Assembly: GCA_963813025.1 (NCBI GenBank)
Contig: CAWEXO010000013.1
Span: forward strand, 690,315-754,314
DNA from: an uncultured Verrucomicrobiae bacterium
GTDB taxonomy: Bacteria > Verrucomicrobiota > Verrucomicrobiia > Chthoniobacterales > JAFAMB01
Reading direction: 5' to 3'
Length of the DNA: 64,000 nucleotides
Shown: piece after piece, positions 1 through 10,477 of the stretch
Numbering within the stretch: the first letter of the stretch is position 1
Layout: each line of letters starts with the position of its first letter
Made by a program: the position numbers and the translations under genes
The notes under the pieces: model-generated
Told to the model about the DNA's origin: nothing
The model's input: only the letters and a program-made list of their open reading frames with translations
Databases searched by the model: none

Positions 1-1916
1 ACGAGCTTTTTTCCGCGGCTATAGGTTTCGCAGTCGCCGCCATACCCGAAGGTTTGCCGGCGATCATGACGATTACCCTGGCGATCGGCGTGCAGCGGAT
101 GGTGCAGCGCAACGCGATCACGCGCAAGCTGACGGCCGTGGAAACCTTGGGCTCGGTGACGGTCGTTTGCTCGGATAAAACCGGCACGCTCACGCGCAAT
201 GAAATGACGGTTCGCCATCTGGTTACCAGTGTCGGGCAAGCCGACGTCGAGGGTATCGGTTACGCACCCAAGGGCCGAGTCACGCGAGAAGGACAGGAGG
301 CTTCTCTGGCAATAAGTCCGGATCTGCAAGCCTTGGTCGAGATCATGGCTGTTTGCAACGATTCAGAAATCGCTGAGGAGGACGGCCAATGGAAGGTGGT
401 CGGGGAACCTACCGAAGGGGCGCTCCGTACCCTCGGTCAAAAGGCCAACTTTGACCGAGAGGGCTATCAACGGCTGGCCGTGGTACCTTTCGATTCGGAA
501 AACAAGTTCATGGCGACGCTCGATCGCGTGCCAGGAGATGGAGTGCGCGTTTTGCTCAAGGGAGCGCCTGATCGGTTGCTCAACCGCTGCTCGCAGCAGC
601 GCGCTGCGAACGGCGACCTGGAACCGATCGACCGGGCTTTCTGGGAGAAGCAGATCGACGCCCTGGGTGGTCAGGGCCTCCGCGTTCTGGCCGCCGCCAG
701 TCGTCAGGCTAACGAGGGCACGAGTAGCCTGACACTGACGGACCTCGATAAGGGCATGGTATTTGTCGGGCTGGTCGGTATCGTCGATCCTCCGCGTCCG
801 GAGGCTATCGAAGCCATCGCGGCCTGTCGGCAAGCTGGTATCCGGGTCAAGATGATCACCGGAGATCACGCCGGCACCGCTACCGCCATCGGGCGCGAGA
901 TGGGGATTACTGAAAATCCTAAAGCGATCACTGGCGCCGAACTCGAAGCCGCCTCCGACGAGGACCTGCAACGAATCGCCCACGACAGTGACATCTTCGC
1001 TCGCACCAGTCCGGAACATAAATTGCGCCTGGTACAGGCTTTACAGGCCAATAATGAAGTTGTGGCCATGACCGGGGACGGCGTCAATGATGCGCCTGCG
1101 CTGAAGCGCGCCGACGTCGGCGTGGCGATGGGGATCAAAGGTACGGAGGCAACCAAAGAGGCTGCCGAGATCGTGCTGGCCGACGACAACTTCGCTTCGA
1201 TCGAGCGCGCCGTAGAAGAAGGGCGCACCATCTATGACAATCTCCAGAAGGCGATTCTTTTCATCCTGCCGACCAATGGCGCGCAAGCGCTCGTGATCCT
1301 CGTAGCAGTGCTTCTGGGGCTGGATCTGCCGCTCTCGCCAGTGCAGATCCTGTGGGTCAACATGGTCACTGCGGTAACCCTGTCCCTGGCGTTAGCCTAT
1401 GAACCTGCCGAACCGGGGTTGATGCGCCGTCCACCGCGCCGTCCGGGAGCGCCAATTCTGGGTGAACATGCGCTTTGGCGAATTGCCTTCGTCTCGGTGC
1501 TGATCGGCGGCGCGACCATCGCGGTCTTTCTTTACGAAGAGCATCGGGGATATTCGATTGAGATGGCGCAAACGATGGCGGTGAACATGCTCGCGCTCGG
1601 GCAGGTGTTTTATCTGTTCAATAGCCGCTTTCTGAGAGAATCAAGCTTGCGGTTGGATTTGCTGTTTACTAATCGCGTGGTTTGGATCGCCATCGGCATC
1701 CTGGCTGTTCTGCAACTGTTGTTCGTGTATGTGCCTTTCCTGAATGTGTGGTTCCACTCAGCGCCGATTACGGCGAGTGACTGGCTGTTGCCGATTGTCA
1801 TCGGCTTCGTCATTTTCCTGTTGGTCGAGGCCGAAAAGGCGCTACTGCGGAAAATGAAACCCTTGACCGCTACGACAGGGCAAAACGTACAGAATCCCGC
1901 ACCAAAAACTGCCTGA
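1..1916 (+). CDS. Cation-transporting P-type ATPase (type IIA, Ca2+-ATPase/PacL-like), 5'-truncated by window edge
   Basis: The frame is open from the window start (AAIPEGLP). It contains DKTGTLT (phosphorylation site), [20 protein letters not shown] and C-terminal TM helices. Confidence 0.95.
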   Translation, partial: ELFSAAIGFAVAAIPEGLPAIMTITLAIGVQRMVQRNAITRKLTAVETLGSVTVVCSDKTGTLTRNEMTVRHLVTSVGQADVEGIGYAPKGRVTREGQEASLAISPDLQALVEIMAVCNDSEIAEEDGQWKVVGEPTEGALRTLGQKANFDREGYQRLAVVPFDSENKFMATLDRVPGDGVRVLLKGAPDRLLNRCSQQRAANGDLEPIDRAFWEKQIDALGGQGLRVLAAASRQANEGTSSLTLTDLDKGMVFVGLVGIVDPPRPEAIEAIAACRQAGIRVKMITGDHAGTATAIGREMGITENPKAITGAELEAASDEDLQRIAHDSDIFARTSPEHKLRLVQALQANNEVVAMTGDGVNDAPALKRADVGVAMGIKGTEATKEAAEIVLADDNFASIERAVEEGRTIYDNLQKAILFILPTNGAQALVILVAVLLGLDLPLSPVQILWVNMVTAVTLSLALAYEPAEPGLMRRPPRRPGAPILGEHALWRIAFVSVLIGGATIAVFLYEEHRGYSIEMAQTMAVNMLALGQVFYLFNSRFLRESSLRLDLLFTNRVVWIAIGILAVLQLLFVYVPFLNVWFHSAPITASDWLLPIVIGFVIFLLVEAEKALLRKMKPLTATTGQNVQNPAPKTA

Positions 1917-1920
1917 TTTG

Positions 1921-1954
1921 GAGGCCGTACGTGCTGCGTAGCGCGGACGGCCTC
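1921..1954. repeat. Imperfect inverted repeat containing the GTAG-tagged REP-like unit GTAGCGCGGACGGCCTC
   Basis: 1921-1937 GAGGCCGTACGTGCTGC pairs (14/17) with 1938-1954. The 17-mer recurs exactly at 24486-24502. Confidence 0.65.
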
Positions 1955-2039
1955 GGGCGTGTCGGACGTGGAAGTCTGTAACACGCCATCAAGCGATTGG
2001 TCGCGCGAACCGCTAGAGATCGTCTCAGAATGCCGCACT

Positions 2040-2184
2040 GTCCTGTGGCGGTAGGGCGAAAATTTATTCGAGCGCCAGGCGAGAACTTGTTTGAGCCATC
2101 TGGAGCGGGTGGCTCACCCAAGCGCCTGGCTCAAACAAGTTCTCGCTAAGGCTCGAATAAATTTTCGCCCTACCGCTACAGGAC
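2040..2184. repeat. 145-bp long hairpin / REPIN-like doublet between convergent genes
   Basis: 2040-2073 pairs with 2151-2184 (one G-T pair), and 2079-2098 pairs perfectly with 2127-2146. The arms carry GTAGGGCGAAAATTTATTCG. Confidence 0.85.
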
Positions 2185-2405
2185 CAAAGACGCCTTGGGA
2201 CATGCGTCGAACCTCTCTTCCGAACCATAGCTCGATTGCGCGCTACAGATTGCCCAAAGTCCGACAGAGCCGGCCTCGTCCGTAACCCTGGTGGAGACGC
2301 CTGGCGCAGTGCGATGATCACTCGCCCCTTCGAGGTTCTCTTTCTGGTGAAAATGACGTCGGCACCGTGCGTTTGATAGCCTGGAAGACTATCCTACGAG
2401 CCGTC

Positions 2406-3827
2406 TCAAGACCTGGTCTGGTCAAAAACCATGAGCTCCAGGCGTTGATTGGCTTCCGGATTTTGAGACGAGGGCCCAACAATGAGCATGACCTGTTTGC
2501 AAGGTAGCCCTAGCTCAGAGAGAAGATGCCAGGCATAACTCCGCCAATCAGTCGGTTCCTCTTTTAGATCTGCTGGATACACTCCATAAGAAAACGCCAA
2601 ATCTTGCATAACAGCAGGCTCGGGACCCACTGCGGCAACCCAGACCGGCGCTCTCCACCGCGCTACCGCCCGCGCGGTTCTTCCCTCGCGGGTCGGTACC
2701 AAAACCGCGTCGCAAGGAACCATTTCCAGAGCGCGCTCGACCAACATGGCCCTCGGGTTGGAAAGAATATCCGTGGCGTCCTTCCGCATCGTCAGGGGCA
2801 TCCGGGTGCCGTGGATTTCCGTGAAGGCGGCGATCTTCGCCAACATCGTGACTGCTTCCTCGGGAAACTTGCCGGTCGCCGATTCGCCGGAAAGCATGAC
2901 ACAATCGGTGCCATCCAGAATGGCATTGGCCACGTCGGTGGCTTCTGCTCGGGTCGGGAGCCGACTTGTGGTCATCGATTCCAGCATCTGCGTGGCAGTA
3001 ATGACCGGTTTGCCGGCCAGGTTCGCCTTGGCAATGAGCCGCTTTTGCAGAACCGCCATTTCCTCAATCGGCACCTCCACGCCGAGGTCACCGCGCGCGA
3101 TCATGATGCCATCCGCGGCTGCCAAAATTTCATCAAAACGCTCGATAGCCTCATGGCGCTCGATCTTCGCGATAAGAAAGGGGTTTTTGCCAAAGGCGCT
3201 AGCGGCGCTCCGCACCGCCGCGATGTCGGCACTACTTTCCACGAACGACTGACTGATGGCATCAACACCGTGCGCGAGCGCGAATTCGAGGCATTTGCGG
3301 TCGTGCTCGGTAAAGGCGGAGATGCCGAGATCGATGCGCGGAAGATTAAGGCCCTTGCGTGAGCGAAGTTCGCCGCCGACAGCCACCGTGCAATGCACTT
3401 CCTTGCCTTCGGCCCGATCCACCAGAAGTTGCACCAATCCGTCGTTCAGAAACAGGCGATCACCGGGTTTCACGACGCGGGGCAGTGGCTCGAAACTCAT
3501 GGAGACCCGTCGCTCGTTACCGGTAATGTTCTCGCTGGTGAGAATGAAAGTGTCGCCGACGTCGAGATGGATCGGGTCAGGATCAATCGTTCCCAATCGC
3601 ATTTTGGGTCCGGGAAGATCAGCCATGATCGTGACCCGCCGGCCGCAGGCCTGCGAAGCGGCCCGGATCCGGGTGATGAGATTCGCGTGTTGATCGAAAC
3701 TGCCGTGCGAGAAGTTGAGCCGTGCGATATTCAGGCCGGCTCGGATAAGGCGTTCCAGCATTGCCGGCGAGTCTGACGCCGGACCGATCGTAGCAACGAT
3801 TTTGGTTTTATGGTCGGATAATTTCAT
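2406..3827 (-). CDS. pyk: Pyruvate kinase
   Basis: KTKIVATIGPAS, ARLNFSHG, AKIE, IMIARGDLGVE, ATQMLESM, DCVMLSGE. The start was reassigned to ATG 3827 (MKLSDHKTK). Confidence 0.96.
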   Translation of the reverse strand: MKLSDHKTKIVATIGPASDSPAMLERLIRAGLNIARLNFSHGSFDQHANLITRIRAASQACGRRVTIMADLPGPKMRLGTIDPDPIHLDVGDTFILTSENITGNERRVSMSFEPLPRVVKPGDRLFLNDGLVQLLVDRAEGKEVHCTVAVGGELRSRKGLNLPRIDLGISAFTEHDRKCLEFALAHGVDAISQSFVESSADIAAVRSAASAFGKNPFLIAKIERHEAIERFDEILAAADGIMIARGDLGVEVPIEEMAVLQKRLIAKANLAGKPVITATQMLESMTTSRLPTRAEATDVANAILDGTDCVMLSGESATGKFPEEAVTMLAKIAAFTEIHGTRMPLTMRKDATDILSNPRAMLVERALEMVPCDAVLVPTREGRTARAVARWRAPVWVAAVGPEPAVMQDLAFSYGVYPADLKEEPTDWRSYAWHLLSELGLPCKQVMLIVGPSSQNPEANQRLELMVFDQTRS

Positions 3828-3903
3828 AGTCGCTCGTGCCCGGATTTGGTAGTAAGACATGCTCAGCCGAGCGGCCAGCAAAATCCGACTGAGGAGAAAA
3901 CGG

Positions 3904-4395
3904 TTAGCCGTACCGCTCTTGCGGTGGTCGGACACGCTGAGACGCCGATTCGCGATGCCCGGTAGCTCGTACGAGTTCGCCAACTCGTCCAAGTCCGAAA
4001 GAAGGCATATTGTGATAAATGCTCTCGTACTGTCCTTCCGCGATCAGGTAGGTTTCATGCCAGATGCCCACATCGCCGCTGTCACCGATATTCTGGCGGA
4101 AGCGGGTCCAGGCAGGCAAATGGGCTAGATCAGACTGTTTCGCATATCCGGTGAGAGCCTCAAAGGATCGCCAGTATTGAAGAAGCAAGATGGTTCTTCC
4201 GAACCACACGTGGCCGCCCATAAATCCGAGATCGGGCTGGCGCCGAAGTTCGACCAACATCTTTGGCATGGCCAGGAACACCGGCAACCACTTGTGCAGG
4301 TTCCATGCGCGATTGATGCGCATACCGATGAGAAAGACGCAAAAAGACTTCTCCATCCGGGCTGTCATGCGTTCAGGTATAACCATGGTGATCAT
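3904..4395 (-). CDS. DUF4188 domain-containing protein (monooxygenase-like)
   Basis: VFLIGMRIN, QYWRSFEAL, HLPAW, VGIWHETY and YESIY..MP.FGL match the DUF4188 pattern. Confidence 0.8.
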   Translation of the reverse strand: MITMVIPERMTARMEKSFCVFLIGMRINRAWNLHKWLPVFLAMPKMLVELRRQPDLGFMGGHVWFGRTILLLQYWRSFEALTGYAKQSDLAHLPAWTRFRQNIGDSGDVGIWHETYLIAEGQYESIYHNMPSFGLGRVGELVRATGHRESASQRVRPPQERYG

Positions 4396-4448
4396 TGTCT
4401 CCTTGAAATTAATTCTTCGATTTGCGGGCCAAAACCCCTCATCGCGCT

Positions 4449-4501
4449 ATGTGGACATTGGCAACATTAAATTGAACAAGGATGTTGTTGGTGTCAACAT
4501 C
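4449..4501. promoter_or_regulatory. Two palindromic candidate TetR operators
   Basis: ATGTGGACATTGGCAACAT (4449-4467) and GATGTTG-N7-CAACATC (4481-4501) lie between the divergent DUF4188 and tetR genes. Confidence 0.6.
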
Positions 4502-4521
4502 TTTGGTTACGCTGACCAACA

Positions 4522-5217
4522 ATGTCCCCGAAGCGCTCCTATCATCATGGAAATCTCCGACAAGCCTTGCTGCACGCCGGTGTGGCGCTGATTCAGGAGG
4601 TTGGACCTCAGAACTTTACAATCCGAGAGGTGGCTCGCCGGGCTGGAGTTTCCCACAACGCGCCGTACCGTCACTTTCGAGATAAGGAGAAGTTGCTCGA
4701 AGCGATCGCCGTCGAAGGCTTTGAGCGGCTCACCGCCGCGATGAAGGAGCGGGCGGCTCCAGGCCGGACGGCGGCCGAACGTTTGGCGCTGTGCGGCTGC
4801 GGTTATGTCGACTTTGCCTTGCACTGGCCACAGCACTTCCTGGTCATGTTTGATCTGCCTGCCCGCGCTCTGACCAAGGACGAGCCGGCCGGCAAAAATG
4901 CCTTTCAAACCCTCCTCACGTTTATCGTCGAATCGCAGAAAGAGGCTGCCTTGCCCGCTGGAGATCCGCATCGCCTGGCACTAATGGCGTGGTCAGTGGT
5001 GCATGGTATCGCAAAGCTGGCGATCACCGGAAATCTGCCCTACACCCCAAAAGGGGTACTTGATTTCACGCAATGCGCTTCCGAGGCTTTCGTGATCGGG
5101 ATGGCCAATTTGCAACGGACCCGGCGCGTTCACTCGCCCGCAATGAAGAGAAAGAAGGACAGGTCAAACAGCCGAAGCCTCATTCGGAGATCGGAAGCGA
5201 GAGATACCGCGCTATGA
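4522..5217 (+). CDS. TetR/AcrR family transcriptional regulator (WHG-type C-terminus)
   Basis: YHHGNLRQAL, HTH TIREVARRAGVSHNAPYRHF, WSVVHG. Confidence 0.92.
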   Translation: MSPKRSYHHGNLRQALLHAGVALIQEVGPQNFTIREVARRAGVSHNAPYRHFRDKEKLLEAIAVEGFERLTAAMKERAAPGRTAAERLALCGCGYVDFALHWPQHFLVMFDLPARALTKDEPAGKNAFQTLLTFIVESQKEAALPAGDPHRLALMAWSVVHGIAKLAITGNLPYTPKGVLDFTQCASEAFVIGMANLQRTRRVHSPAMKRKKDRSNSRSLIRRSEARDTAL

Positions 5218-5294
5218 GCTTGAAATGAGGCACCCTCGCCGATATGTAAAGCTGCAGCCGGTCCCCGCCTGCCCGAGAGTACAGGGTTTCCGTC

Positions 5295-6107
5295 ATGTCT
5301 TACGCGAATGCGTCAATGAAACAACGCTCGTTTGGCGAAACGATGCGGCGTGGCGCATGGTGGGCGCAACCGCTGTGCGTATTTCTGGGGCTGTCGATGT
5401 TTCTCGTATATTCAACCTGGGCTGCATTTCAGGGAACCCATTATTGGCTCGAACAAAATGGCGCCCACTATCTTTCGCCATTGTATTCGCCCGAAATTTT
5501 CGGCGTTTCGCCGCACGCGATTTTTGGACCGAAACCCGCCTGGTGGCCATTATCGCTGCTATTTTCTCCAGCCCTTTTGGTTCTGTGGGCGCCCGCCGGT
5601 TTCCGGCTCACCTGTTATTACTACCGCGGCGCTTATTACAAAGCGTTTTGGGCGGACCCGCCCGCCTGTGCGGTGGGTGAGCCGCGAAAGGGATATCTCG
5701 GTGAAAATTCTTTTCCGCTCATCATGCAAAACATTCACCGCTACTTCCTTTACCTCGCGCTGCTGTTCATTCTCATTCTCGCGCACGATGCGTGGAAAGC
5801 GATGTGGTTTACGGACGCATCTGGTTCGAATCATTTCGGCATCGGCGTCGGAACAATCGTGCTCACGTTGAACGTAATCTTGTTGGGCGGCTACACGTTC
5901 GGCTGTCATTCGCTGCGCCATTTGATCGGCGGTTTCCTGGATGAAGTTTCCAAAGCTGCGGTTTGCGCCAGAGGTTACGCCTGCGTGAGCTGCTTGAATC
6001 GCCGCCATATGCTGTGGGCGTGGATGAGTTTGTTTTGGGTCGGTTTCACCGATCTTTATGTACGTCTCTGCGCGATGGGCGTCTGGCATGATTGGAGGAT
6101 TATCTAA
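5295..6107 (+). CDS. Succinate dehydrogenase membrane anchor, mycobacterial Sdh1 (Rv0249c-like) type
   Basis: Multi-TM protein with YLSPLYSP, GFRLTCYYYR, QNIHRYF, GCHSLRH and HMLWAW. It lies directly upstream of sdhA/sdhB. Confidence 0.85.
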   Translation: MSYANASMKQRSFGETMRRGAWWAQPLCVFLGLSMFLVYSTWAAFQGTHYWLEQNGAHYLSPLYSPEIFGVSPHAIFGPKPAWWPLSLLFSPALLVLWAPAGFRLTCYYYRGAYYKAFWADPPACAVGEPRKGYLGENSFPLIMQNIHRYFLYLALLFILILAHDAWKAMWFTDASGSNHFGIGVGTIVLTLNVILLGGYTFGCHSLRHLIGGFLDEVSKAAVCARGYACVSCLNRRHMLWAWMSLFWVGFTDLYVRLCAMGVWHDWRII

Positions 6108-6184
6108 GCGTTTGAATCGTTGACATTCGTTACACTGCTCCTGGCGCTCCCATGTTCTAACCGTTCAATGTTTCGGCGAATCAA

Positions 6185-8011
6185 GTGGCCAATTACGACA
6201 CTCTCAAATACGACGTGCTGATCATCGGTGCGGGCGGTGCGGGGTTGCGCTCGGCCATCGAAGCTTCGGCTGCTGGCGTCCGGGTGGGCTTGGTTTGCAA
6301 ATCGCTTCTCGGCAAGGCGCATACGGTGATGGCTGAAGGCGGTATCGCCGCGGCGCTGGCCAACGTGGACGATCGGGACAACTGGAAGGTCCACTTTGCC
6401 GACACGATGCGCGGCGGCCAATACGTCAACAACTGGCGCATGGCCGAATTGCACGCTAAGGAAGCACCCGACTGTGTTCGCGAACTCGAAGCGTGGGGAG
6501 CGGTCTTTGACCGCACCCCCGATGGAAGAATTCTTCAACGGAATTTCGGTGGTCATCGCTATCCGCGACTCGCTCACGTTGGGGATCGGACTGGGTTAGA
6601 AATGATTCGCACACTCCAGGACCACGGCATCCATCAGGGGATTGAAGTCCATATGGAGCACACCATTGTCACTTTGCTGAAGGATGGCGATCGGGTAGTT
6701 GGCGCCTTCGGCTACGACCGCGAGCGTGGCCGATTCAAGATTTTCAAGGCCAAAGCCATCGTGCTGGCCACCGGCGGCATTGGTCGCGCCTATAAAATCA
6801 CCAGCAATTCCTGGGAATATACCGGTGACGGACAGTCGCTGGCCTATCATGCGGGCGCCGAATTGACGGACATGGAGTATGTCCAATTTCACCCGACCGG
6901 AATGATTTGGCCGCCGAGTGTCATGGGAATTCTCGTCACTGAAGGCGTGCGCGGCGAAGGCGGCATCTTGTGCAACAAGGACGGCAAGCGCTTCATGTTC
7001 GAGGAGATCCCCGAGAACTACAAATCGCAAACTGCCGACAACCCGGAAGAGGGATGGCGTTATACCCAGGGCGACAAGAATGCTCGCCGTCCGCCCGAAC
7101 TTCTCACCCGCGATCACGTCTCGCGCTGCATCATGAACGAAGTCAAAGCCGGCCGGGGCAGTCCCCACGGCGGCGTGTTTCTCGACATTTCGTGGATCAA
7201 AGAGAAAATCCCGAACGCGGCGGAACACATCAAGAAGAAGCTCCCGAGCATGTATCACCAGTTCATGCAACTGGCTAACCTCGACATTACCAGGGAACCA
7301 ATGGAAGTCGGTCCTACCACCCATTACATAATGGGCGGCGTGCGGGTCGACCCGGAAACCCAGATGTCCAACGTACCAGGATTGTTCGCCGCTGGGGAAG
7401 TGGCCGCCGGATTACACGGAGCGAATCGGCTTGGCGGAAATTCGTTGTCCGACCTGCTCGTGTTCGGCAAACGCGCAGGCAAATTCGCCGCTGAATTTGT
7501 CCAGGCGCACGACGAAGGACAAATCCACGATAGCCAAATTGAAGACGCCGCACGCGAGGCCCTGGAACCCTTCGATCGCGCTGCTCGGGCGACCGCCGGC
7601 TCCGAAGGCCCTTACCAGGTGCAAAACGATTTGCAGGAAATGATGCAAAGTCTTGTCGGCATCGTGCGGCAGGAGGAGGAAATGGTTCGCGCGCTCGACG
7701 GACTAGGTAAACTTTGGGAACGGTCGCGAAACGTCGCGGTGCCAGGCCATCGCGAATACAATCCCGGCTGGCACACCGCAATTGATTTGAAGCATCTGCT
7801 CACGGTCTCCGAAGCGATCACCCGCGCGGCGATTGAGCGAAAGGAAAGTCGCGGCGGACATTTCCGCGACGATTTTCCGAATAAGGACGCGACGGAAGGC
7901 ACAATGCGCATCATTCTCCGCAAAGCTGCGGACGGCTCGATGCAGGTGCAGCGCGAGCAGATAACGGAAATGCCGAAGCACTTGAAGCAGATCATCGAGG
8001 AGATGAAGTGA
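6185..8011 (+). CDS. sdhA: Succinate dehydrogenase/fumarate reductase flavoprotein subunit
   Basis: GAGGAG, KAHTVMAEGG (FAD-His), QFHPTG, EGVRGEG, HYIMGG, HGANRLGGNSL, ESRGGH. Confidence 0.96.
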   Translation: MANYDTLKYDVLIIGAGGAGLRSAIEASAAGVRVGLVCKSLLGKAHTVMAEGGIAAALANVDDRDNWKVHFADTMRGGQYVNNWRMAELHAKEAPDCVRELEAWGAVFDRTPDGRILQRNFGGHRYPRLAHVGDRTGLEMIRTLQDHGIHQGIEVHMEHTIVTLLKDGDRVVGAFGYDRERGRFKIFKAKAIVLATGGIGRAYKITSNSWEYTGDGQSLAYHAGAELTDMEYVQFHPTGMIWPPSVMGILVTEGVRGEGGILCNKDGKRFMFEEIPENYKSQTADNPEEGWRYTQGDKNARRPPELLTRDHVSRCIMNEVKAGRGSPHGGVFLDISWIKEKIPNAAEHIKKKLPSMYHQFMQLANLDITREPMEVGPTTHYIMGGVRVDPETQMSNVPGLFAAGEVAAGLHGANRLGGNSLSDLLVFGKRAGKFAAEFVQAHDEGQIHDSQIEDAAREALEPFDRAARATAGSEGPYQVQNDLQEMMQSLVGIVRQEEEMVRALDGLGKLWERSRNVAVPGHREYNPGWHTAIDLKHLLTVSEAITRAAIERKESRGGHFRDDFPNKDATEGTMRIILRKAADGSMQVQREQITEMPKHLKQIIEEMK

Positions 8012-8754
8012 AGGCCGCGGTTTTCAAGATCTGGCGCGGCGATGCGAATGGTGGAACTTTCGTGGACTACACTACAGACGTTTCCGAAGGCATGGTCGTG
8101 CTCGACGCCGTTCACAAAATCCAGGCTACGCAGGCCAATGACCTCGCGTGTCGATGGAATTGCAAGGCTGGCAAATGCGGTTCCTGTTCGGCCGAAATCA
8201 ATGGCATGCCCAAGCTGATGTGCATGACGCGCCTGGACGATTTACCGCTGGACCAGCCCATGACGATCGAGCCGATGAGGGCCTTTCCGCGGATTCGGGA
8301 CTTGGCAACGGACGTTTCGTGGAATTTTCGCGTGAAGAAGAAAATCAAGAAGTTCAAGCCGCGTCCGCCCGACGCGCCGGACGGCACCTGGCGCATGGCT
8401 CAGGCCGACATTGACCGTGTCCAGGAATTTCGCAAGTGCATCGAATGTTTCCTGTGCCAGGACGTCTGCCATGTCTTGCGTGACCATCACAAGCACGAGG
8501 AATTCATCGGCCCGCGCTTTCTGGTTTTTGCCGCCGCGCTGGAAATGCATCCGCTCGACACCGAGGACCGGCTGCCGGAACTGAAACAAGCCAATGGTAT
8601 CGGCTACTGCAACATCACGAAATGCTGCACCAAAGTCTGTCCCGAAAACATCACCATCACGGATAACGCGATTATTCCGCTGAAAGAGCGCGTGGTTGAC
8701 GAGTTTTATGATCCGTTGGGGAAGTTGTTGAAGCTGATCCGTCCGAAAGCCTGA
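8008..8754 (+). CDS. sdhB: Succinate dehydrogenase iron-sulfur subunit
   Basis: Cys motifs CKAGKCGSC, CIECFLCQDVC and CNITKCCTKVCP. Overlaps the sdhA stop. Confidence 0.95.
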   Translation: MKAAVFKIWRGDANGGTFVDYTTDVSEGMVVLDAVHKIQATQANDLACRWNCKAGKCGSCSAEINGMPKLMCMTRLDDLPLDQPMTIEPMRAFPRIRDLATDVSWNFRVKKKIKKFKPRPPDAPDGTWRMAQADIDRVQEFRKCIECFLCQDVCHVLRDHHKHEEFIGPRFLVFAAALEMHPLDTEDRLPELKQANGIGYCNITKCCTKVCPENITITDNAIIPLKERVVDEFYDPLGKLLKLIRPKA

Positions 8755-8766
8755 AAGGAGAAAATT

Positions 8767-9264
8767 GTGTTTGAACTCAAGCGACTTTCCGAGGAAGCCA
8801 TCCCGGCGGCCCTGGAAAAAGCACTACGCTATCGCCTGCTCAACGAACCAGCGGAGGCCGAGAGTATTTGCCACGATGTGCTTCAGATCGATCCGGAGAA
8901 CCAGCAGGCGCTGGTCCTTCTGCTTCTTGCCTTGACCGACCGTTTCGCCGAAGGCTACGCCATCGGCGTTACGCAGGCGCAGGAGATTCTCTCGCGCCTC
9001 CGCGATCCGTATGAGCGTGCTTATTACGCCGGCATCATTTGTGAGCGCCGAGCCAAGGCGCACTTGCAACAGCGCCATCCCGGCTCCGGCCACAACGCGT
9101 ACGAATTCCTGCGTGAAGCAATGACCTGGTACGAAAAAGCCGAATCGCTCCGTCCGGCCCGAAACGACGATGCGCTACTACACTGGAACACCTGCGCCCG
9201 GATCATCATGGGCAACCAACTCACGCCTCGGGCCGAGGAGGACGTCGAGATCTCGTTAGAATAG
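8767..9264 (+). CDS. Hypothetical all-helical (TPR-like) protein co-transcribed with sdh1
   Basis: RBS AAAGGAG precedes GTG, 12 bp after sdhB. Helical content (AESICHDVLQIDPENQQAL; AMTWYEKAE). Confidence 0.75.
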   Translation: MFELKRLSEEAIPAALEKALRYRLLNEPAEAESICHDVLQIDPENQQALVLLLLALTDRFAEGYAIGVTQAQEILSRLRDPYERAYYAGIICERRAKAHLQQRHPGSGHNAYEFLREAMTWYEKAESLRPARNDDALLHWNTCARIIMGNQLTPRAEEDVEISLE

Positions 9265-9492
9265 CAGCAAAAACTCGTTGAGTATGCCGGACTTGTCCTT
9301 GCGCCCGGGACTCAAGAACAACCGCCCGCTTTTTGCAGCATAAGAGGCAAGCGTTCCTGCGGATTGATGACTTGCGCGAGGAATGGCCGAAGCGTGGTTC
9401 TAAAGCCTTGTTCTACCGTCTCACGGTCTCACGAGCATCGGCCGCCTATTGAGTGTAGCGATTTGTTAAAAAGTTGGCCGCAGGTTGCTCGA

Positions 9493-10477
9493 TTAGCGCC
9501 CCGCGACGAGCGCTCCTTGCTCGCCTCGACGCGAGATCAGTTTTTGCAGAACGATGAACACTAAGAGCAGCGCCCCGATCACAATCTTGGTCCACCAACT
9601 ATTAAGCGTTCCATTAAAGATGATGATTTGCTGGATTAAGCCGAGAATGAGGACGCCCATCAGTGTCCCTGGAATAAAGCCAACCCCACCGGTCAGGAGA
9701 GTACCTCCAATCACTACGGAGGCAATTGCGTCGAGCTCTAAGCCAACGAAAGAGGCCGGATTGCCCGACTGCATATAGAAAGTTGCGACAATGCCGCCCA
9801 GCGCGGAAAAAAATCGCGGCGAGACCATACGTCGTGATCTTCGTTCGGCCGACCGGCAACCCCATCAGACGCGCGGAGTTCTCGTTGGATCCAATCGCGT
9901 ACACGTTCCGCCCGAAGCGGGTGAAACTTGCCAGAAAAGTCCCAATGACAACCGAGCCCAGGAAACACATCGCGGTAAACGGCAGCACTGCCTTGGGAGC
10001 GACTAAGAACGAGAGCTGAGGCAGCACCTGAGCATAGAACGGGTGCTCGATCCCAATGGACTCAGGGTAGATCACAAAACCCAGTCCGCGCAGACAGAAG
10101 AGACCGGCGAGAGTGACCAGGAATGGGGGCAGTTCGAAAAAGTGAATCAAGCTACCCATGATGGCTCCAGCGGCAGTCCCGATAAAGAGCGCCAAACCCA
10201 TCGCCAGGAAAGGATCCCAGCCGATTTGAAGGAGCTTGGCCATCAAAATGCCCACAAACGCGACCATCGAACCGACTGACAGGTCGATCCCGCCCGATAA
10301 GATGACGAACGACTCTCCCACGGCCGCGACGCCCACGAACGCACTATCATTCAGCAGGTTTACCAACACCCGGGGAGTACCGAAATTCGGGTAAAGCAGA
10401 GAGCCGGTTCCAAAGACCGCCGCCAAGACCACAGCCGTGGCCAGGAGCGGAATGTACTTAGGGTTTAGGCGAGTCAT
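9493..10477 (-). CDS. yjfF: Sugar ABC transporter permease, YjfF-like (galactofuranose family); one frameshift near 9815
   Basis: ILSGGIDLSVGS, FGRNVYAIG and ELDAIASVVIGGTLLTGG are split across ORFs 9614-10477 and 9493-9828. Confidence 0.85.
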
